DNA of 32,000 bases. Source: Wallemia ichthyophaga EXF-994 (Eukaryota; Fungi; Basidiomycota). A program made the translations under genes and the position numbers. How positions within the stretch are numbered: the first letter of the stretch is position 1; each line of letters opens with the position of its first letter. The stretch lies in the NCBI RefSeq assembly GCF_000400465.1, contig NW_008806275.1, positions 678,156 to 710,155 on the forward strand, written 5' to 3'. This document shows positions 22,359 to 32,000 of the stretch, one piece after another. The notes below the pieces were generated by a model that was given only the letters and a program-made list of their open reading frames with translations, did no database searches and was not told the DNA's origin.

Positions 22359-23204
22359 ATGAATGGCGTTGATGGGGTGATCGACCGGTGGACCGAGTAT
22401 CAGTGGAAAATAAGAGAAAGAGCTGTGTATGAGGATGAGGATGGGGATAATAATGAGGGCAATTATAATGCTACAGATACAAACGAATTCAGTCCCGTCG
22501 TGCATCACCTACCACAGCGCGCACTCGATGTAAAAACAGAAATAGTTGGAGGAATAGACATAACACCCGCCTCGTCATCGCATGACGAATGCATAGTAAC
22601 GATAGTTGTTCTATCCGTCCACGCCCAGCGCGTGCTCTACACGTATCACGAGGCGCACGCAATCAGCGAACCGTACGTTCCTTCGTATCTAGCGATGCGG
22701 GAGAGCGGGCCAATACGCAGGGCGTACACCAACTTCACAGCGCACACGCTCAATCCGATGCACACACCCGCCGTGTGGCTGATAGACGGCAATGGCAGGC
22801 TTCACGAGAGGGAAGCAGGACTAGCTACGCAGGTTGGCGTCGAGCTCGGTATAAGGACGGTGGGGGTGACTAAGAATTACTATCCAATGACCCATTTCCA
22901 CGGTGCACTCAGCCATCCCAAGCTGTTTAAAGGGCTGGCTCAACAACTACTCAATAGGCGCGGCGATTGGATTGGGTTGCCTGGCGCGTCTGAGAATGCT
23001 TCTGCTAACACCTACATCGGCGCTGCTCTCCTCACCGGACGCAATGCTACCAATCCAGTCTTCGTGTCAGCGGGTCATAGATGTTCATTGCAATTCGCCC
23101 TAAGTGTCACATACGCTCTCTCTAAACACCGCATTCCTTTGCCAATTGCCCTTGCTGATAAGGCGGGCAGGCAGTATATGCGAGAACACAGCTACCACTG
23201 CTAA
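22359..23204 (+). CDS. ENDOV: Endonuclease V (inosine-specific nuclease), intronless
   Basis: VGGIDI, PYVPSYLAMRE, IDGNGRLH..GLA, GVTKN, PVFVSAGH, RIP.P...AD. The catalytic D/Y/E/D/D positions are recognisable. Likely ATG 22359. Confidence 0.88.
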   Translation: MNGVDGVIDRWTEYQWKIRERAVYEDEDGDNNEGNYNATDTNEFSPVVHHLPQRALDVKTEIVGGIDITPASSSHDECIVTIVVLSVHAQRVLYTYHEAHAISEPYVPSYLAMRESGPIRRAYTNFTAHTLNPMHTPAVWLIDGNGRLHEREAGLATQVGVELGIRTVGVTKNYYPMTHFHGALSHPKLFKGLAQQLLNRRGDWIGLPGASENASANTYIGAALLTGRNATNPVFVSAGHRCSLQFALSVTYALSKHRIPLPIALADKAGRQYMREHSYHC

Positions 23205-23359
23205 TATTGATAAAAAATCATGCTATGAATTTGTATGTGAATGACATGTGTAATGATAATATGAAATATATAAGAAATTGAAAGTTGAGTTAGTTAGTTT
23301 CTCACTTTGAAAGTAGGTTCGATGAAATCCAGCTTGTTGCTATATCCACTGCGATGCTC

Positions 23360-25137
23360 TTACTTGGCAAGCTTGGGACCAGCGTTGATGACAGCCTGGG
23401 AAAGACCTTGGGCATACTTGTCGAAAGCACCGTTAAAGAGACCGCCAAGCTTGTTAATCTCCTTGTCAAGTGCAGCAGTGTCCTTCCATGCTTTCGATGG
23501 GTTGAGAAGCTCTGAAGGCACGCCTTCGATGCTCTTTGGAATCTGGAGGTTGAAGATGGAGAAAGGCTCGAATTCACTCTTGCCCAAGCTGCCGTCGTGG
23601 ATGGCGTTGATGATAGCACGAGTGTACTTCAATGGACACCTCTTGCCAACACCAAACTTACCACCAACCCAACCAGTGTTGATCAACCAGCAGTTAGTGT
23701 TGGCTTTGTTCATCCTCTCTGCCAACATCTTGGCATATCTACCTGGATGCAATACGATGAATGGCTGACCGTAGCAAGTGGAGAATGTTGGTGATGGCTC
23801 CAAAATACCATCCTCAGTTCCAGGCGTCTTGGAGGTGTAACCTGCAATAAAGTGGTATTGGGCTTGCTCTTCGGTGAGTTTGCTGACTGGTGGTAAAACA
23901 CCATAAGCATCACAAGTCAACATGATGATATTTGATGGTTGATTTCTACTCAGGCAAGGTATTTTGGCGTTCTCAATGTACTCGATTGGATAAGCGCATC
24001 TAGTGTTCTCGGTGATCATGACATCTTCATAGTTTGGTTCGCGTGTACGAGAATCATAGACGACGTTTTCTAAAACAGAGCCAAATTTGATAGCGTTGTA
24101 GATTTCAGGCTCCTTCTCTTTAGAGAGACCGATAGTCTTGGCGTAACAGCCACCTTCGATGTTGAAGACACCGTTATCAGCCCAAACGTGTTCATCGTCA
24201 CCGATAAGTTTGCGTTGGGGGTCTGCAGAGAGAGTGGTCTTGCCTGTACCACTCAAACCGAAGAAGAGAGTGACGTCACCTTTCTCACCCTCGTTGGCGG
24301 AAGAGTGCAAAGACAATTGACCAAATTTGACTGGTTGGAGATAGTGCATGACAGAGAAGATACCCTTCTTCATTTCACCAGCGTATTCGGTACCTAGGAT
24401 AACCATTTCCATACGCTTGAAGTTAATTTCAACCGAGGTGGCGGAAGTCATACCGGCAGTGAATCTGTTGGCTGGGAATTGACCAGCGTTGTAGATGGTA
24501 AAGTCAGGTTCGCCCCAATTGTCCAATTCCTCTTTGGATGGTCTGATAAGCATATTCTGCATGAAGAGAGCATGGTATGCTCTAGCACAGATGACTCTAA
24601 CTTTGATTCTGTACTTTGGATCCCAGCCAGCGAAAGCGTCAACGACGTAAACATCATCGCGTGTGTTGAGGTAATCGATGGCACTGAGTGGGAGTATGAG
24701 ATCATAGAAGAATGATAAAGACGTCTACTCACCGTTCGCGATTAATTTCAAAAACATGCTCAGGCATTCTGATATTCACAGGGCCCCACCAGATATCGTC
24801 CATAGAGGTCTCTTCAAAGACGATACGCTTGTCGCGGGGACTGCGGCCAGTCTTCTTACCAGAGAAGTTGATGAGAGCGCCGTTGGAGGAAATAACAGCG
24901 CCTTCTTTCTGGACAGCGTCTTCGTAGAGCTGAGCGACGGCAGAGTTACGCTGAGGGTGGGGTAAGATGGGTGAAATGGACGGGTAGCCATCAACTCACC
25001 TTCACATGAATTCTATCCACTTCAAAACCAGCGTCTGAGAGAGAATGCAATTCATTTGGGAGAGCTGTGATTGGTTAGAATGGACTAGCCTGTATGAATC
25101 CCAACACACTAAGAAATTGCTGCTTATTTAAAGACAT
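23360..25137 (-). CDS. PCK1: Phosphoenolpyruvate carboxykinase (ATP), 3 introns; alternative in-frame start at 25260
   Basis: [65 protein letters not shown]. The exact N-terminus is uncertain. Confidence 0.93.
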
Positions 25138-25290
25138 ATTGTAAAATCCAAGTTGGTTGTACAGGATAAAGAGTATTTTCCCCTTTTTTAAATATCTCGG
25201 CACTGCACGGTTACCACGAGTAGCATATGACATTAGACGGAGTGACCGAATTATTTTCATTTTTAGTTTTAAATGTGTGTGATTTGAGGG

Positions 25291-25340
25291 TATATTAGGT
25301 TATTTACGGTGATATATGGTTATATTAGGTTATATTCACG
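25291..25340. repeat. Degenerate 10-bp tandem array, 5 copies (consensus tatattaggt)
   Basis: tatattaggt/tatttacggt/gatatatggt/tatattaggt/tatattcacg read directly. Confidence 0.65.
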
Positions 25341-25836
25341 TTATCATATGCAGTTCCTGTCAGTATCCCGTGTTCAATCGAATTGAAACGCGTTCAAATG
25401 TGTTCATTGAGCTGATTTGATCAATAATCGAGATATATCTCAATTATTATTTAATTCATCATCTAGTTATATCCAAATACACACAAAAACACACACTCTC
25501 TCTCAAATCTTCATTCTAATTCCTGCGGCTACAACATCTTTTCTAGTCGCTTAGCGAAGATGCGAGATTGATAGGTACGAGGTGATCGTAGTTTGTTTAA
25601 TTAATATATTCTTAGTCTGTATCTTCTGTGTATTCATTCTGTGTTCCTTGTCTTCGCCGCTTTGTTTATCCCTGTTGCTTGGCAGTGCGCTTGCAAATCA
25701 TCTTGGCAGATAGATGCCAAGCTGGGGTAGTATTTCCGAGTTTAAATGGTGTAAGCGGGGTTATTCAGGGTGGCGTGCAGTTTAACTGGTCATATCACTA
25801 GTAAAATTGCGCTGTCTGATGACATGTATATTAGTA

Positions 25837-25886
25837 GATACACTCGGATATACTCGGATATACTCAGATACCCTCAGATATTCTCG
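25837..25886. repeat. Degenerate 10-bp tandem array, 5 copies (consensus gatatactcg)
   Basis: gatacactcg/gatatactcg/gatatactca/gataccctca/gatattctcg read directly. Confidence 0.8.
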
Positions 25887-25969
25887 ATTATACCGTAATA
25901 AATAATTATCTATTAATAACGACTATAATATTAATGCGATTAAACATTTGGGTATAGACGATTCCCTCG

Positions 25970-28762
25970 TCATTTAACCTGATTACTCTCCTCCCTCTTA
26001 TTACGCTCCCTACGCATTTTCAAACTACGCAGCATCTCCTCCAACTCCTTCATGCTCGCCTTTGGTCTCATTCCGTTTTCTGACTGTGACGACAGTGGCG
26101 AAATATTGCTACCGGTGCTGCTCATTGATGGGTGAGCGTGGTATCTCTTTGAGTTTGTGGGTGTGTGCATCGGTGTATTTGTCTGTATTGGTTGCGGTTG
26201 CGTTCGCGGTTTATAAAACAAATCTTCTTTGTTGTTCTCCCCATCACCATCACCAATCTCGACCACCTCACCCCCCTCGTCTTCAGCCACTTGCCCAAGT
26301 CTACCACTGCACTGCCTCGATATTCCCATATTGAGGCTGTTCAAATACGCATCAGTGCTTAAGCGCTTAGACAGTGAATCGCCGGGTGTGTTGAATGTCA
26401 TATTAGCGTCACTATTTGCGAATGGGTGGGGTGTCTGCGAGGCATGCTGGGTGTTTTGGGTGTTTTGAGTGTGTTGGTGCTGGGGTTGCATGAGATGCTC
26501 ATCATGCCCCGAATTTCGCAGTCGTTCAGCAGAACGCAGCTTATTATTCACCATTTCCACGTCAAGTGCTAATCTCGATCCTGATTCTGGTGGGTGCACA
26601 AATCGCAGCAAATCAACAGACGGGTTTATCGCTCTATGACTCCTACTTGCAGTACTTATATTAGCCGATTCTGGTGCATTCCATCCACTTGCACTTGCAC
26701 CTGGACTTGCTCCTGAATCAATCGCCTCTGGACTTTTGTCTTTTTCTTTACACATCTGCTCCACCCCCACTTCCACTCCTACTTCCTCAGGCCATCTACG
26801 TGGTATAGGGTGGGTGGTAAATGTAGTGTATGACTTCTTTTCTATCGACTCCTGCGCTCTTCTCCTCGGCGACTTTCGTGGAATTGGCGGTGTAGGTAGT
26901 GGGTAACCAAGGAAGACAGGGTGATCTATATCTCTACTCGGCGGATTTGGTGAAGTATGCATATCAGTAAAAGTATTTTCCTGTGGTGGGAGCGTGATTG
27001 TAACCGCTGGTGCAACTTCTCTGCTGTGCGTCACAAGTAAGTAATACCATCCAATCCAACACAATGTACTCACTCACCTTCTGCCTTCACCTTTGCGTCT
27101 GCGACTATCTTCTCCATTGAGAAAATCGCCTGGTGCATCATGTGCATCACTAGTATGCGACACATCTACCCCCATTGCTGGGCTAGGTCTAGTAAGTGAC
27201 GCTTGAGATACACCTCTCGACGCTTGCATGATATCGCCAGTGCGGATAGGGGGTAAGGGAGCATCACGCAACTCTTCCATTACGCTGCTCGTGCTGTTGG
27301 TGTTGCTACTATCACGTGTATCGTGTACGTGTGTGCCGTGTGCGCTGTGCACACCTGGCAACAGTGTTGCTGATGGTGGTGGACGATGATCGAGTGTAGC
27401 GACATCAGAAGCAATGCTGCGATTGGCTAGGCTGTCATTCACTTCTGACTCCTCCCCATTCCCCTTTTCCACGGCGTGGTAGGCGAGGTAGGTGTCGTAT
27501 GCCATGCTTCGGCTGCTCGTTGCTGACATACTCCTCGATGAGGAATTAGGAGCACTCTCACGGCTACTCCCACTCCCACTCCCACTCCCGCGACTATGAC
27601 TGCTCCTTTTCCCACTCACTCCCCCACCTCGCCGCCGCAACTTGGTTTTGGTGTATTCGCTCCCAGTGATAATCGACTTGGAGGGTGAGTATCTCTTCGA
27701 ACTTCCGCGCTGCGGTATGACGATGCGACGATTTTGTGTATGTGATGAGTGTTCGTCGGTGGACGTAGCGACGCTCCTCGCCGTGGGCGTGGCGGGCGTG
27801 GGCGTGGGAGTGGGAGTAGCAGGAATAGCAGATTGCATATGCGAGCTGCCGGGTGGTGCCGGGGAGGAGCTAGTAACAGCGAGGCCAACTTGGCTGGTAG
27901 ATGGTGACGGATCAACTGTCTGTGCACCGTATGCATAACCATACCCATCGTCATCGCGCACCTGCCCATTATCGATGCGTATCCTGTCGCGCTCTCTCAA
28001 CACATTCACACTGTCTTTCCCCTGGTTGCTTATGTGCAAATTAAACCCACTCGTCTCGACGCGTAGGTGCAGATCATTCGGGTGGGTGTTCTCCTTGTCC
28101 TTGTTGAATGTCCACGCTTGGCTTAGCACTCTCCCACACCCGAGTACTCCTTCCTCTTGGCTGCGCGCCAGGTGTATCTCGAGCGGCTTGCTAGGAACAC
28201 TCAGGCTTTGTGAGTGCGCCAGTGACGATTTGGTGGAGGATGTAGAGCCTTTGCGGGAGTGCTGAGGGTGCTGAGATTGCCTTGGAGGCGATGAATACTT
28301 CTGAGCCGGCTGCTTCTTGGGCGATAACTGCCGCACCTGCCTATTCAATGGCTCTGTATTTGAAAAGTGCCTGCTGATAGAATTCGAAGATCGTGCAAGT
28401 GGGCTATTCCCCAGTCTCTGCCAGTAATTTCTCTCTAGATCGAGAAGATGGGCCTGGTGGAGAACATTGGAGATATTCTGGTGATCGTCCCAGCCATTTT
28501 CAAGAATGGGTGATGGCTGTGGGGCAGACGCAGACCTGCGACGGTGATTGAGGGTGTCTTGTGGTATATGAGGATGAGGAGGAGGATTTGGATGGAATAA
28601 ATGCTTTAAGCTATCGCCTCTGTTGTGCTGTTTTTGGTGTACGACGCTGGGAGATTCACCGATATGGGCGTCGTCGATAAGGCTCGGAGGAGGGAGATAA
28701 GAACGATTAGAAGGTTTATAGGCCGTGTATTTCTTTTCTTTTTTGTTGAATATCTTGTTCAT
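25970..28762 (-). CDS. Hypothetical ~910-aa S/P/H/T-rich, largely disordered protein (1 intron, about 27025-27078)
   Basis: Two long abutting ORFs (562 and 367 aa) join in frame through a canonical AG|gtgagt...cag|C intron. No family recognised. Confidence 0.75.
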
Positions 28763-28797
28763 TGCATCTTCCCCCTTAACGTTCCAGATAGAAAGTG

Positions 28798-29411
28798 ATG
28801 TTCTCTAAATTCGACAAAACTCAAATTGGTAACTCGACTGCCATCAAATCTTCGGTACAGAGAGCTATCAGACAGAAATTGCTCGATCAGTTTGAAGGAC
28901 TTAGAGTGAACGACGGCGCGTTACTCGAACAAATTTGGCCAAAGAAGGAATCTATCTCACTCATTAAATGCCACAATCAGCTTCAGCTTCTCTCCTTCAA
29001 CGGATTTCCCCTTTTCTTCCAATCCCACGATGACCCTTACGTACCTACGTTGAGACTTCTTCATTTGTGTGCGTTTTTACTGCTTTTCGAGGGGAAAATT
29101 CTTACTAACTGATCACAGACCCCCACCTTCTCCCTCCAGTCACCGTCGACAGAGGCGCTATCAGATTCCTAATAGCAGGTGCAAACGTCATGTCTCCCGG
29201 TTTGACATCGAAAGGCGGTCAACTACCCCCACCTGAAAAATCCTACCCAGCTAACACTATCGTATCCATCTTTGCTGAAGGTAAGGTTCATCCTGTCGCT
29301 ATAGGTATCTGCAAAACCTCCACCGAAGAAATCAAAAAAGTTAACAAAGGCATCGGCATTGATCTTCTCCATTTCGTTGGTGATGGTCTCTATAAGTTTG
29401 AAAGAATCTGA
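28798..29411 (+). CDS. TMA20: Translation machinery-associated protein 20 (MCT-1/MCTS1, PUA domain), 1 intron
   Basis: MFSKF..., KSSVQRAIR, IKCH, PTLRLLH(Y)P, VDRGAIRFL..GANVMSPGLTS, GIGI..LHFVGDGL. Confidence 0.92.
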
Positions 29412-29801
29412 TTTATTACATAGATGTATTTTAGCGTTGATTTGTGTGTGTTTTGTGTGGATTTTGTGTTAAAAGTGATTGTGAAGCTTGAGTTAGTAAA
29501 TCACTGGTTTTTTAAATTAAGCGCTCATCTTTTTGCTCCAATTTTCGGTTCCGAGTAGTCTCTCAAAGTAACTCCACGAACCGTTCTTAACCTCAAACAA
29601 GGTAGATAGCACCCAACATATACTCCAAAAACCACTTAATCAAGCTCATGCTAGTCAAATCACCTGTATAATTAAATTTTACTACAACAGTTTTAAGAGT
29701 TTGCAGTTATTATATGAAAATTTGAATTTGATTGTTCAAATATATCAGTTATAAGCAGGGACGTTGTCAACAATTCGAATAGTACAACGGTGCTTGCAAT
29801 C

Positions 29802-29873
29802 AGCTTCGTGGCCAAGAGGAATGGCGTTGGGCTCATAACCCAAAGATCCCCGGATCGAAACCGGGCGAAGCTA
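29802..29873 (+). tRNA. Initiator tRNA-Met (CAT), intronless, 72 nt
   Basis: Perfect cloverleaf: acceptor AGCTTCG/CGAAGCT with A1-U72; anticodon stem TTGGG/CCCAA with three terminal G-C pairs; anticodon CAT at 29834-29836; T-loop ATCGAAA (A54/A60, initiator hallmark). T4 run at 29878-29881. Confidence 0.96.
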
Positions 29874-30786
29874 AAACTTTTGCGCTTCAAATCTTTGCCT
29901 AAACGAGTCCTGGTGAGAAAAGATAATTTAATATATTGTGCCACTCCTATATTTTTCTGAGACTATAGGCAAATATTTGCCGTTCGAGATGCCTAACAAC
30001 CAAGATTTTTTAATTTGTTTTTACGTCGCGATGCTCCAATTGCGCACAAATTCTCCATCTCAATAGCTAAAACAAACATTGATTTGATCAAAAATTTATA
30101 AGTTTGCTCATTTCATTCTGGCAGTGATTTCAATCTTCTATTTCACGCTCCACACAAACGATTATAAAGAATTTGTGCAATAGAATTTCCTTAGGATCTC
30201 ACTCAGTAGTTATAGGGCTCATTTCGTTAACAATATAAATCCTACCGCAGAACTCGCAGACTTTGCGCCTTATCTGTAGCGTGAAACATTGCAAATATGG
30301 TAGATATTCAATCTTAATTAAGTCATCTCACGGTGGCGATAGTGTTATGCCCTAGATTGACCATATCCAGCGCGAATCACTTCTAAAGTAGAAGAAAAAA
30401 TAGTGACGTAGAATGTTTTTGCTTTTTAGGCCGCGTTTTATTGTGAGTCTGAGCGTATTCTATAGGTTTACTATAAACGATAACCCTGTTTTGAATTCTT
30501 TTTCTGCTATAAGAGTTGGGTTGGAAGGGATAGCGTGTAAGAAAGAGCGCTTTGATTTGCTTTGTATACCATAGTCATGCCATTACCTCACTTTTTCGCC
30601 CTTTTTTACCCAAGTCTTCAGCCCACTCCGGCACGCACTAAGGCACCCACCAGCCAGTCTCCACATACCGAGTCAAGGTGAGTAAAGTGTGATAACGTCA
30701 TTAAGGGGGGGGGCTAGATAAAAGGTTGGCCAGCACGTGAACTGATTTACACCTAACCTAACACCGCAAACCTCTTTACACAAGAA

Positions 30787-31714
30787 ATGCCATCAGTATT
30801 CATTAGGGGGGCTACAGGGCTAGTAGGAAGAGCGTTAGTGCATGAGCTGCAAGAGCACGCATATCAGATAAGCGTGCTAGCTCTGAGTGAAGCGAATGTG
30901 CTCCAACTGCAATCTCAAGGAGACGGAGTGAGAGTGGTTCGCGGGAGTCTCGATGACTTGGCCACTCTCAAAGCAAAAGCAGCGTGGAAGGATATTGATG
31001 GGGTGATCCACCTTGCCTTCATCCACAAGTCAGACCAGTATGCGCAGTCGTCTGAGGTGGATGCGAAGGCCATTGCAGCTTTGGGCGACGGACTTAGGGA
31101 GGTTGCTAGTGAGAGCGAGGGAAGGCGCAATGCGAAAGCGCTCGTGGCGAGCTCTGCTGTCGCGGTAGATGCCCAAGGTAGTGACGGCGTGGCGAGGGAG
31201 GCTGATGCTCCACTCGATGTTTTCCGCGTAGAAGCGAAGCAGCTGCTTTGGAGATGGCAGTAAGTGGCGTCACACCAACTGTCATGCAGCTGGCACCAAC
31301 TGTGCACTGCGACGACGACAAAGCGTTCGTTCGCATCCTCAACAATAGCACTCTCACTCACTGGAAGGCGGTGTATGTGTATCTAATCACTTGGTCAGCT
31401 GTGCACCCTAGAGATTTCGCGTCACTCTATCGACTCGCTTTCGAAGCCGCTCGGAAAGGTAAATCGATTGTTTATCACGGTGTGGATGAGTGTCGAGTGC
31501 CTTTCAAGAGCATCGCAGAAACTATTGCGCGTAAAACCGACAGCAATACTCAACTATTCTCGCCTCATCAATGTCTTCCAGTACATCGGCTTGTTGACTC
31601 ATTTCGCACTCCCTGTTTAAACCCACATACAGCGATCGGACTCGCAAAGAGCTCGGCTGGAACCCCACACAAGTAGACCTGTTGAGCGATATTGAGCACA
31701 ACTATGCTGCTTAG
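30787..31714 (+). pseudogene. Degenerate NAD(P)-dependent epimerase/dehydratase (atypical SDR) pseudogene
   Basis: GATGLVG Rossmann motif and DGVIHLAFIH in frame 1. LAPTVH and AVHPRD...LYRLA are in a second frame after about 31235. TRKELGWNPT..DLLSDI..Y* is in a third frame ending at 31714. No usable introns explain the shifts. Confidence 0.75.
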
Positions 31715-32000
31715 GTTTGTATTAAGTCTGGTTTGGGGTGATAATTAATCCGCCTCAGATCAATTCAGGAGTCCTTGTGAGAGTGTGCTTGCTATCGACG
31801 AATGTAACGATATAAAGATAATATTGCAAAATGAAATAATCAATCGAGGCTATAGCTTTGTTGCAGTCCTTGGAGTGTGTCAGTCATTGTATCAAGCTAC
31901 TATCCTAGTCAATTACACACCAGAAACAAGCTTTGTACGTATACTGCAGCATGCTATTAGGGTTATTGGTGTAAGTCGTATCAATCATTCTCTCCTCCTG

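Noticed and set aside
3010-29873. Apparent enrichment of RNA/translation genes (CWC2, ETT1, R3H, CEX1, XRN1, ENDOV, TMA20, tRNAi)
   Set aside because: Such genes are a large share of a reduced genome, they act in different pathways and they are interspersed with unrelated genes. No statistical support is available.
29693-29944. 83-aa minus-strand ORF
   Set aside because: It runs antisense across the initiator tRNA gene and is spurious.
30752-30762. cctaacctaac and scattered ttaggg words as telomeric repeats
   Set aside because: At most two degenerate copies, which is expected by chance.
31260-31398. GTAAGT...CAG (30 nt) and GTATGT...CTAAT...CAG (26 nt) as introns rescuing the SDR gene
   Set aside because: Both are shorter than all other introns in the window, they would remove homologous coding residues, and they do not repair the frameshift at about 31235.
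1-32000. CRISPR arrays, transposons, LTRs or horizontally acquired islands
   Set aside because: No repeat-spacer structure, terminal inverted repeats, transposase/RT motifs or compositional break was seen.

Overview
Gene-dense eukaryotic (fungal) DNA. Introns are short (about 40-65 nt), several intergenic gaps are only 35-200 nt, and the proteins are basidiomycete-type. This fits a compact-genome basidiomycete such as Wallemia, which is inference from architecture and protein style rather than a database match. Manual splicing gives 13 protein-coding genes: NoxA NADPH oxidase, CWC2, ETT1/Nro1-like, a class II (SIRT4-like) sirtuin, an R3H-associated-domain protein, CEX1/SCYL1, XRN1, two tandem AA9 LPMOs, PBS2 MAPKK, endonuclease V, PCK1, a ~910-aa disordered orphan and TMA20. 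There is also one initiator tRNA-Met and a frameshifted NAD(P)-dependent epimerase/SDR pseudogene. I found no transposon, CRISPR array or prokaryotic island. The strongest candidates for something new are four. (1) Both AA9 LPMOs end in a conserved module: 4-Cys knot, RR, spacer, KR, D-x-H-N...RR(x)HH. Kex2-type cleavage would release a His/Arg-rich peptide with an N-terminal ATCUN copper-binding motif. (2) The sirtuin has an intact catalytic core but no cysteine at all, so it lacks the canonical Zn-ribbon ligands. (3) PCK1 has an in-frame upstream ATG that adds a mitochondrial-presequence-like extension. (4) Three head-to-head gene pairs have only 35-65 nt between start codons. All exon structures and protein identities were deduced by eye and are unverified.
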